Of a stretch of DNA of 64,000 nucleotides, positions 38,220 to 48,772 are shown piece after piece. Under the pieces are notes generated by a model, which worked only from the letters and a program-made list of their open reading frames with translations, was not told where the DNA came from and made no database searches. Where the stretch lies: NCBI RefSeq assembly GCF_036321535.1, contig NC_087436.1, positions 113,710,001 through 113,774,000 on the forward strand, written 5' to 3'. A program made the position numbers and the translations under genes. The stretch's first letter is position 1; each line of letters starts with the position of its first letter. The stretch comes from Camelus dromedarius. Lineage: Eukaryota.

Positions 38220-38650
38220 AGCAGCGTGGAGGGACAGAGAGAACACTGGCTTTAGACCCAGATGACCCTGCTTTTGGTATCTTGCTGTGCTGTGTGCTTG
38301 CTCTGTGACCTTGGGGATATATTTATTTATTTGAGTCTGTATGGATTTTATCATTAAAGAAAAGATACTATCCACTGTGGAATTTTTGTGGAACTAGCAG
38401 AAGCTATATGTAAATGACCACCTAATTATGACATAAAGAAGGTCTTGTATTATTGAGAGTCAATCAGATCTAAATTCAAACCCCATCTCTACCACTTAAT
38501 CTCTGGGTAAGACTTCAGACCAGTTCCTTAGTTTGTGGATACTTGGATGTCCTCTTTCTGAAAAATGATGTTTGTCTTGCATAGTGACTGTAAGAATTAG
38601 TGGAAACGTGCATGACATACTTAGCGCAGTTTCTAGCAGGAAGAAGCTCA
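38220..38650 (+). mobile_element. Two MIR fragments
   Basis: gcagcgtgga...ctctgtgaccttgggga, and ttcaaaccccatctctaccacttaatctctgggtaagactt. Confidence 0.7.
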
Positions 38651-39269
38651 GATACAACTGGTTCTCTTTCTGTTTCTCCATGGTGTTGTCGCCTTGTCTC
38701 TCTTCCACTCTTTAGACTGTAAAGATTCCTCGAAGGCTAGAGCATGCCTACTCTGGGCATCTCCAATCTATTTATTTATTGAATAAATAAAATATAGTGC
38801 TTTGTTGAATAATTGGCTCAGCAAAACTGGGGAGTAAGAGGAATAAATCCATGGGTGGCTTCCTACAATATTTAGAATACAATTAAAATCCCCTAAGTGG
38901 CACAAGGCCCTCCCTGCTCGAGCCCTTGACTGCGTATCTTACCTTTTGCTTTCCTGTCTGTCTCACCACAGTACAGCCACACTGGTCTCACAGTGTCCAG
39001 AAGTGGGCAACCTCTCAGACTCAGGACATTTGTTTTTATTTCTTTTGCCTGGAATACTGTTCCCAGGAATTTCCGTATGGTTGATTCCTTCTTGTGCTTT
39101 GACAGATCCTATCTCATTGAAAGCTCACTTTTTTGGGGGAGTTTTCCCCAAAGAAGGCTAAGCTCTCTAAGTTAGGTATTTTCTTCAATTTTATTTTCTA
39201 CATTAATTTGTCTCTTTCATATGACTTACCAACATTTAAACTTTAGCAGTACATATTGTTGGGTTTTCC

Positions 39270-39588
39270 TGCTGGCAACTTTCCTGAAACTTCTTGCTTC
39301 AGGAGAATTGCAATTTAGTTTCTGAGAGCCCATGAGCCTTAGGTGAATCTGACTTCATCCCAAGGCTCCCTCCAGGGTAGGCCTGCATGACCTAGACTAA
39401 GACATTTATTGAACTCTTCCCCACTGTTCTCTCAGACTCAAATCAGGATAGTGTAACTAAATGAAATTCAGTTCGGGGCCATAAAATGTTATTGGGGTAG
39501 TAGCTTTCTCTTTCTTGTGGACATAAATCAAGAAAGATGTAGAGGCTGGAGCTAAAGTCACCATCTTATAATGAATAAAAAGAAAGGG

Positions 39589-39625
<37 letters not shown>

Positions 39626-39790
39626 CTTGCCTGTGTCTTCTTTATGCGTACCTGGATCAATGTATACCTGAAGTGGACCTCTGCTAGGGTCTTCAGTTTC
39701 ATAACCAATATTTTTCTTCTGCTTATCAGGTTTGAGTTGGGGTTTTTCTGTCATGTTGTGAAAATCATCAAGATAGATATACTTGTTTAG
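39270..39790 (+). mobile_element. Old MaLR LTR (MLT1K/L-like) containing a (TG)17 microsatellite at 39590-39623
   Basis: aggctggagctaaagtcaccatctt...cttcagtttcataaccaata...tttgagttggggtttttctgtca. Confidence 0.65.
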
Positions 39791-39895
39791 TGTCTGTGGT
39801 TACTACAAAACTAAAGCTTTAAGATGGAAGAAATTAGGTCTTATTCTTAATCATACCTTAGTGCTTAGTATAGTACTAGTTATCAAATAGATGCT

Positions 39896-40116
39896 TGTTT
39901 GTTTGTTTTAATTGAAGTATAGTCAGTTACAATGTGTCAGTTTCTGGTGTACAGCATAATGTCTCAATCATGTACATATACACACACACATATACATACA
40001 CATATATTCATTTTCATACTCTTTTTCATTAAACGTTATTACAAGATATTGAATGTAGTTCTCTGTGCTATACAGGAGAAATTTGTTTTAACCACTATAT
40101 ATAAAAAAGGAGAAAA
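39896..40116 (-). mobile_element. Short cetartiodactyl-type L1 3' fragment with a small 5' inversion, inserted in an L2 tail
   Basis: ttgaagtatagtcagttacaatgtg...ctctgtgctatacagg. TSD atcaaatagatgct (39882-39895) / atcaaatagattct (40117-40130). Confidence 0.88.
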
Positions 40117-42011
40117 ATCAAATAGATTCTAGTAATATTTGTGGAATGCATAAATAAGGCATAGGGTCAAGCTCCAAGGGAGCTCCAGTCTTCTCCAGGT
40201 GTGATCTCAGTTGCTCAGACTGTTTGCAGAGTTGAAAAGGTCTGGAAGTGGCTGGGTTGTGATAACAATAGTGACAAATGTGGAGCATTCAGAATGCCAG
40301 CATTAGCTTGCAGATTTTTACTGATTTTTGTACTTAGGAAGAATTAAATGAAGGCTGTGTGTCCAGGCAGTTCCTGAGCTCCAAGACTAGGATGTCCAGC
40401 TTCACCAGAAATTCTGCCTTTTCCTGCTGCTAAAATCACCCTCAGACTGCTGACCCTGAGTCACAGAATCAGAATTTTCAAATTAAAATAAACCCTAGGG
40501 ATTCTTTAAAGCTTATTTTACAGATGCAGAAATATATGCTCAAATAGTTTAAAACTTGGCCATCCCGTCCATCTCACTTCACTCTACACCACAATCCTTT
40601 ATTGCTCCTTCCTTCCTTTCATCTTTCCCTTCCTCCCCTCTCTCTTCCTTTCATTTCAAATACCTTCATAGATGACTTTTCTTTCCCTGCCAACCACATC
40701 TGTAATACTGGGACTGCACCAATGCTGGCAAATATAACATGGTGTTTGCTCCTTTTCTCATAACCTATTAGAGGATGAAATAAAGGCAAAGACAACTTTA
40801 ACATGTTATAATTGTTGAAGACTGTTGAAACCTGCTTGTAGGGCACCATGTCCAGTCTGCTGGCTGAGGTGGATGAGTAACGGTGACTGGTGATCAGGGA
40901 GAAGGTTATGGAGTACTTAGAGGAGGTAAATCACATACTGAACTTTGCCTCAAGTAGTGGTTACCAAAACAATAAGATTAGGAATAAGGTGACTATGATA
41001 ATTAAACAGGGTAGAAGTATGGTTTATCAGATGGATAGTGTTGGGTGATGAGGCTGTAGAGGTGCATGGGGGGTTGGGTGTGAGTGGCTTGCTGTTCTTA
41101 CAGGAACTCCTGACATTCTCACAGGGATGGGAAGCCTTTTGAGAGATTATGAGCAGGGAAGACGCATGGTTGGATGGGCATTATGAAGCGACTGCCCTAA
41201 CTGCACAGATTGATGGGTAGGTAAGACTGAGGACAGGGAGATGAGTTAGGAGGCTGTGTCATTAATCCGAGGTGGGGGGCGGGGGCTGGTGAAGGCAGGC
41301 GAAGGTGTGACAACCCAGACTGCTAAGACGAGACACCCTGACAGTCTGATGCGTCACTGCCCTCCCTCTTCCCTCTTTCCCTCACCTGTAATGATTTCTG
41401 GATGTTCTGAAGTGGAACCTGGCAGATGGCATTTTAAGAAAAAATTACTTCACAGCCCCAGGTTCCAGTCTGATTTATATTTTTTTCCTACCATAAGAAG
41501 ATGAGAATGCAGTACCTTCATAGGTAATTAATGATTCAACATGGTGCCTTTGCAAAATGAAATTGACGCGGCTGGAAGCCTTATTTGCAGCCATAAGAAT
41601 TCAAAGGACACAAGAAGGCTGATTTGTGATTGTTGCTTTTTCCCAATAAAAATTAAACTGATTACAAAGAGCTGACAATGAGACAATGTCTTGCAAAAGT
41701 AATGTTTCTGACATTTCGCTGAGTGTTTACCACAAATATTCAAATTTATCATTCTTGACATTCTTTAGAAAAATGGGGATAAAATATTATTTTGGTCTGC
41801 AATATTTGCTCATGTGCACATTTATATGCATGCATAATTGATGGAAAATTAAAAGATTTCTGAGCTCCACATCATATTAATTTTTTTAGATTAAAGGTTC
41901 TGATGAAAGATCATGGAAATAAACCCAAAGAGCTTTTACTTTGGATATAAAATACATTTAAAAGGTGATGATATCTATTTTCTATAGGAAAAAAAATGTG
42001 CCCATCTTGAT

Positions 42012-42130
42012 GGGGAGGGTATAGCTCAAGTGGTAGAGCACATGCTTAGTATGCATGAGATCCTGGGTTCAGTCCCCAATATCACACCTAAAAATAAATT
42101 AATTAACCCAATTACTTCCTTCTCCCCACC
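42012..42130 (+). mobile_element. tRNA-derived SINE (camelid Vic-1-like) with TSD
   Basis: A box tagctcaagtgg, B box ggttcagtcc. TSD aaatgtgcccatctt at 41994-42008 and 42131-42145. Confidence 0.9.
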
Positions 42131-43785
42131 AAATGTGCCCATCTTTAATATCTTGGTTTTTTTTTTTTTTTTGGTTAATTCAACCTTTAGAGAAGAATTA
42201 ATGATAAAATAATACTAGATAAAGTTTATATGGCCCTTAAAACCTGATAGATATGATCTTATTTAAATATTTTAGCAATTATATTGATATTATTTGTGTC
42301 TTATTTCACAGACAGAACCAAAATTCTGCTCACAGTTTGATCTCAGACAAGCTCCTAACCTCTTTGACCTTCAGTTTCTTTATCTGTAGATGCAGTTGAT
42401 TGTCCCTGTGTCATGGGACAGGTGTAAGGATTATGGAGTCCAGGTAAAACCCAGCACAGCCATGAGTCCCTAATGCTGTTGATGTTATTATTTGTCACAA
42501 CCCCTCTGTTCACACTAGGCCTGTGCTTAATTCTGACTTTATTCCTGTTTTAATCATCTGCATCCTCCTAAACCTCATCATTCTGTTGTTTACAGGTTCT
42601 TCTTTCACAATATGCTCTACCAGATTCTTTCTCTTCCTTTCTATTCCCTCTACAATTTGTACAATTTTTATGAAGTTTTTCTAATGCTGCTATCTAGTCT
42701 TTACTCCACCATCCTTTCCATTTATTTCATTCCCCACAATGACACTGTGTGGATCTTCCAAAGTCTTAACTTTAGTTGTATTACTTTCCTGATGAATTCT
42801 CATTGTTGACAACATTAGAACCTATCCCGTCCTTGTCACTAGGGACTACTGTATCCAGTCACCTTCTAATTTCTCCCTAAAGGTTTCTAAAGAATGCTAA
42901 ACAAACACTTCTTTTATTTATATAATATTTTATCATTCACAAAGTGTCTGTGATATACATATGATATCTGATATGAAACCATTACATTTCTCTGCCATGA
43001 TTATCTCTAATAATATAATTATTACTATGTTGATAAAATACGCATCTAATATACACATGTAACATGCTTTGCCAAATAAGGAAATGCATTTTATCTCAGA
43101 TTCTTGAAAAAGTGACTACTTACAGATGGGGCTGTTAAAATGGCTAAAATTAAAGAAAAATAATAATACCAAGTTATGTTAAAGATGAGGAATTATCTGA
43201 TCTTTCATACATTACTGATGAGAATGCAAAATGCTGCAGCTTTCTTGGAAACAGTTTGTCAGTGCTTTATAAAGTTAAGAATATGCTGTTTATATGGCCT
43301 ACCAATTCCACTTCAGAGTATTAACCACAGAGTAATGAAAAGTTTTGCATGTAAACCTTGTCACAAATGTTCAACTTCATTTATAAAAATTAAAAATAGC
43401 AGCTTTATTTGTAACAGTTAAATTCTTTAAACAACCTAAATGTCCTTCAGAGGGTGACTGGTTAAACAAACTGTCATAAATCCATACAAATGGAATACTA
43501 ATAAGCAATAAAAAGGAGAAAATTATAGATTCATGCAATAGCTTAGATGGCTGTTAAGCACAGTAAACTGAATGAAAAGTACCAGTCTCAAAAAGTGTTG
43601 TGTACTGTATGATTCTGTTTATTTAGCATTAGTAATGTGACAAAATTAGAGAGATGGAGAACAGATGAGTGGTTGTCAGGGTTGGGCATAACTGTCAAGG
43701 GGGAGCATTTGTAATTTCCTATGTGGTGAAGGAACTGTTCTGTATCTAGGCTGTTCTGGTGGTTATAGAAATCTAAACAACTTAT

Positions 43786-45102
43786 TTTATTTTATTTCTT
43801 TTTTACAGGAAGAATTTTCTAGCATTTTTTAAACTTTTTTTATTGATTTATAATCATTTTACAATGTTGTGTCAAATTCCAGTGTAGAGCACAATTTTTC
43901 AGTTATACATGAACATATATATATTCATTGTCACATTTTTTTCTCTGTGAGCTACCATAAAAGATCTTGTATGTATTTCCCTGTGCTATACAGTATAATT
44001 TTGTTTATCTATTCTACAATTTTGAAATCCCAGTTTATCCCTTCCCACCCCCTGCCCCCTTGGCAACCACAAGTTTGTATTCTATGTCTATGAGTCTATT
44101 TCTGTTTTTTTATTTATACTTTTTTTTTTAAGATTCCACATATGAGTGATCTCATATGGTATTTTTCTTTCTTTTTCTGGCTTACTTCATTTAGAATGAC
44201 ATTCTCCAGGAGCGTCCATGTTACTGCAAATGGCATTATGTTGTCAGTTTTTATGGCTGAGTAGTATTCCATTGTATGAATATACCACATCTTCTTTATC
44301 CAGTCATTTATTAATGGACATTTAGGCTGTTTCCATGTCTTGGCTATTGTAAATAGTGCTGCTATGAACACTGGGGTTCAGGTGTCATTTTGAAGTAGGG
44401 TTCATACACAAAAATAAACTCAAAATGGATCAAAGACTTAAACGTAAGATAAGATACAATAAACCTCCTAGAAGAAAATATAGGCAAAACATTATCTGAC
44501 ATACATCTCAAAAATGTTCTCCTAGAACAGTCTACTTAAGCAATAGAAATAAAAGCAAGAATAAACAAATGGGACCTAATGAAACTCACAAGCTTCTGCA
44601 CAGCAAAGGAAACCATAAGTAAAACAAAAAGACAACCTACAGAATGGGAAAAAATTTTTGCAAATGAAACCGACAAAGCTTGATCTCCAGAATATATAAG
44701 CAGCCCATATGACTTAATAAGAAAAAAAAAAAAACCCGTCCAAAAATGGACAGGAGACCTAAACAAGCAATTCTCCAAGGAAGACATACAAATGATCAAT
44801 AGGCACATGAAAAAATGCTCAGTATCACTAATTTTCAGAGAAATGCGAATCAAAACTACAATGAGGTATCATATCACACCAGTCAGAATGCCCATCATTC
44901 AAAAATCCACAAATAACAAATGCTGGAGAGGCTGTGGAGAAAAGGGAACCTTCCTTCACTGCTGGTGGGAAAGCAGTTTGGCGCAGCCACTGTGGAAAAC
45001 AGTATGGAGATTCCTCAAAAGACTAGGAGTAGAATTACCATATGACCCAGGAATCCCACTCCAGGGCATATATCCAGAAGGAACCCTACTTCAAAATGGC
45101 AC
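43786..45102 (-). mobile_element. Young L1 with 5' inversion and 3' transduction (43786-44403 antisense, 44404-45102 sense)
   Basis: ORFs 44114..44371(-) and 44792..45166(+) are adjacent ORF2 segments on opposite strands. TSD acaacttat at 43777-43785 and 45101-45109. Confidence 0.95.
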
Positions 45103-45246
45103 AACTTATGAACTGTCAGAAACACACATACACATCCAAGTGCATGTGAAAACTAGAAAATTCTGAATATGGTCTGTAGTTTGGTGCCAATGCAACCATG
45201 GTTATGAAAGATGTGATCATTGGAAGAAATTAAATGAAGAGGACAT

Positions 45247-45366
45247 TTCTTTTTTTTAATATATTTTTTGTTGAAGTATGGTCAGTTTGCAATGTTGTGT
45301 CAATTTCTGGTGTTCAGTACAATACAGTCATATAAAAACATACATATATTCGTTTTCATATTCTTT
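45247..45366 (-). mobile_element. Very short cetartiodactyl-type L1 3' end
   Basis: ttgaagtatggtcagtttgcaatgttgtgtcaatttctggtgttcagtacaat. ttctttt occurs at both ends. Confidence 0.85.
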
Positions 45367-46087
45367 TTGTACTAATTTTGCAACTTCTATGTTAGTCTAA
45401 AATTATTTCAAAATTAAAAGATTGTTTTAAATGTGAGAGAGGTGAAATATTTCCAAAGTCATAACAAAGACTGAAAAGCTGATTATGCAGAAAAAATCTA
45501 GACATAAACCTCTCTGGCCACCATAGCAGAAAGCTTCTTCATTTTCATGAACAGTTAGAGCAACAGCCAACATGATGGAAGGAAGCAAAGTGGTTTTTTG
45601 TTTTTTTTTTTTGGAGATCAAATAATGGAGACTCAGTCTATATTTTGAGCAAATGCTTAATTAAGACTAGCCTAAGGTCTTTCTAAAGCTGGAAGTAGTT
45701 GTTTCCACACAAGTAGTGTGGGACAAGTACAACCTGTGACCCAAAATAGAAACCAAGCTGAGCAAAGCTAGAAACATGGTAATTTTATGTTCTACTACAA
45801 ATGTAATTTTCTAGCTTATTTAGAGGTCCTAGACTAGAAATTGTTTCCAAACTCTTAAAAAAAGATCACATTCACTCTGACCCAAAGTAGGTGAGTTCAA
45901 TAGGCTAAGTGAATCTTAGCCTCTTTTGGGGTGACAGATGTCACTGAGAGATCATGTTTAAAACCTCCTTACAAAGAAGAAACTAGAGGCTACCAAGACA
46001 CATTACATCCTCCAGAATTTTTAGTATGTAGCTTGGCGTAGTTCCGACTTGGTGTTATAACCATCTCACTCAGCAGATCATTTTGCA

Positions 46088-46330
46088 TTTATTCATTCAT
46101 TTATCCATTTACTTATTGAAACAATATTAATTGCTTTTTTATTATACCTATGAACCCTGTTAATAGTTGGGCATACAACAATGAACAAAGTAACAAGACC
46201 TCATGAGGCCATTACAGTGGGGAATTACTCAATAACTAAACAATAATTAAAATTGTGATGAGTACAACACATAAAATGGGCATGTTGCTATGGAAACATA
46301 AAAAGGGAAGTTGATCAATTCTAGAATTAA
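46088..46330 (-). mobile_element. L2 3' fragment
   Basis: ttattcattcatttatccattt...catacaacaatgaacaaag...aattgtgatgagtac. Confidence 0.7.
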
Positions 46331-47509
46331 TGACAGCTTCTTAAAACCAATCTATTTCATCCTACAATTCCATTTCCCACAGTATCAGGTTGTTGTGAAA
46401 AGTTTTAATTCAAGGGGTTGGACATGGTACCCAAGGAGTGTTTTAATCACAGTTATAATCCAAGATAACAGTGGAGTATAAGAGCAGGAGGGTAAAATCA
46501 GGGTAGGTGACTTCACTCCAAAATATAGAAGGACATATTGCTGATTCCTGTGAGGTCCTTTTGAGGTAGCAGTTCTAATGCTTTAGCTGGTCATGGGCAA
46601 TACTCAATTCCCCGACGAGGGGCAAGAACTGAGGATCCAGCAGAGCTGGTACTTGGTACCTATCAGAAAACTGAGTAGAAAACAGGTATACAGTCTTAGG
46701 AGTCTGGTGTCTGAACAGGGAGACTATGGATAGAAAGCAAAGGATCCCATCTAAGGCTGAATTTAAAGTCTATGGGTTAATACCAGCTAGTACACATGCC
46801 TGTCCCAACTCTGAGGAATCCTTCAGCCTCTGATCTCCTCAACCTTCACCTCCATTGATTCACCTGTAGTTCTTAAGTAATCCTTACTTGAGGCAGGAAA
46901 GGCTTAATCTGGGTGGGCTTTTTTAGCTAGCGTTTGAAGGTCTAGTTGATGAATGACTGTTTCCTTTTAGACCTTAAAGGTAAACTGGTTCTTCCAGTGT
47001 GATATCCTACCTTCCAGGGAATAGGAACAAGTTCCCTAGAGGACATTAAGTGGCAACACCCCATGTGTCACTTAAAAATGCCTTCCCTACCAATCCTGAA
47101 CCACTGTCCAAGGATGGGCACAGATTTTGCCTTCCGTCAGCAGCCTGTGGTCTGTTTGCCTATGCAGGATACCACGAACAAATCTCGTTAAGATGGTGCC
47201 AAAAGCATCTCCAGTTTTCCTTTACCAAGCGCTCATCACATTTTCTCTGCAGAGGACATGGATGTGCAGATATCACTGGCAGATATCACTAAGAATTGCC
47301 AAGATGGGCATGAGGTCAGAGTCCCCCACCCCACCAAGAACCTTGTCATATATGATGAAATTAACATTTAAAGTGATATAAGGAAAGGGAAAATACAAAG
47401 TGAAAGTTTCAAGAGTCTTAAAGAAAGAAGAAATTACTTCCAGGTGAGGTGATTAGGGAGAGTCTCAAAGTGGAGGTGGTAAATGAATGAAGCATAAAGG
47501 ATTGGTAGT

Positions 47510-47997
47510 GTAGGGGCTGTGGAGTTGCACCATTCAGATCTCCCTTCAAGAGAAACTATTGTAAAAAGTTCAGTGATTGACAGCCTCCAGCTGCCACACC
47601 TTATCTTTGAATCTACTATAATATCACTCAACTGAGGTCATGATTCCTAGCCAATGACTGAACATAATGGAATTTCTAGGGAAGGGCTATTTCTCTCAAT
47701 GCTGTACTCTTCAAATGAGCAACCTTTTCTCATAAATTCCCATTGACCTGATTGGGTTGTTCTCAGAGTTTCGGTAGTGCAGTCTAAGGTTCTTTGCACC
47801 CCCATCCTTCTTCCTTCCGTCTTTCCTTTCAGAGGTGCAAGGCCTACATCATAGTCTGAAGGCTCTTTCCACTTTCTCCTGTTCATACCTCCCTTTGTCC
47901 TTCAGGGGTTTCTTTGAAGGGATTTATTTGACCAATAAATCTCTTGTACATTTAATCCTGCCTTGGTCTTCTGTCTCATAAAGGATCAGATACAGAT
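47510..47997 (+). mobile_element. ERVL solo LTR (LTR16-like)
   Basis: cagatctcccttcaag...tgacagcctccagctgcc...ccaataaatctcttgtacatttaatcctgccttgg, with AATAAA near the 3' end. Confidence 0.75.
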
Positions 47998-48539
47998 AGC
48001 TTTTTTTTTTTTTTTGAGTGATTGATTTGATTAATGGATGGGTTAATCAACATGATCACAGCTCTGCTTAATTTGATGAAAATATTCACACTCAGGCATC
48101 TGGCATGTGTGAGGTCTCCCTTGGTTCCTTAAGAATTGAGGCTGAAAAACATGTAGAAAGTGCAAAGTATTAAAGAAAGAAAAATAATTAAAAAAAATTA
48201 AAAACAGCTACACTGAAATCATCTTGTGTTCTGTCTGAGCTGTGGCCCTTGAGACCTTGGTCCCGTTTGCCCTCAGATTCTGTCAACCCCAGACCCATCA
48301 GCCTAAGGCGCAGAATCTGCCTCCCTTCTTTATGAACAGTTCCCACCCTTAGAATTTTTCAGATCTTTCTTTCCCCAAGATTGTTTCTGTCTCAGCTACT
48401 AGACCTCAGAAGATAATATCCTGGCTTATCTTCAACCTATTCATTCATTCATTCATTCATTCTTTCTTTCTTTCATTCATTCATTCATCCAATCATTTAA
48501 TAAATCCTATCTGAGGGCTTGTAGAAGGGACTGTTTCTT

Positions 48540-48772
48540 AAATGCAGTGAATAGAGTAAACTTTGGAGCCCAACTGCCTGTGTTCAGATATCACCCCCAA
48601 CACTTAAATCAATGGGATTTCCATTCTCTGTGACTCAGTTTCCTCACCTGTAAAAAAAGAATAATAGAATACCTATTCTATTGTGAGGATGTAAAACATA
48701 ATAAACATAATGCATACAAACATTTAAAACAGAATCTGCTGCATAGTAAGTATGAACAAAAGCTATTATCAG
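48540..48772 (+). mobile_element. MIR
   Basis: actttggagcccaactgcctgtgttca...ctcagtttcctcacctgtaaaa...ataatagaatacct. Confidence 0.85.

Larger units (their letters stand above)
43125..45430 (+). mobile_element. Old L1MC-like 3' end hosting two younger L1 insertions
   Basis: aacaacctaaatgtccttcagagggtgactggttaaacaaactgt before the insert, and gtgcatgtgaaaactagaaaattctgaata...ttttgcaacttct...attatttcaaaattaaaag after it. Confidence 0.88.

Noticed and set aside
42012..42080. Possible tRNA gene (A and B boxes)
   Set aside because: No pairing acceptor stem, followed by SINE body and flanked by a TSD, so it is a SINE.
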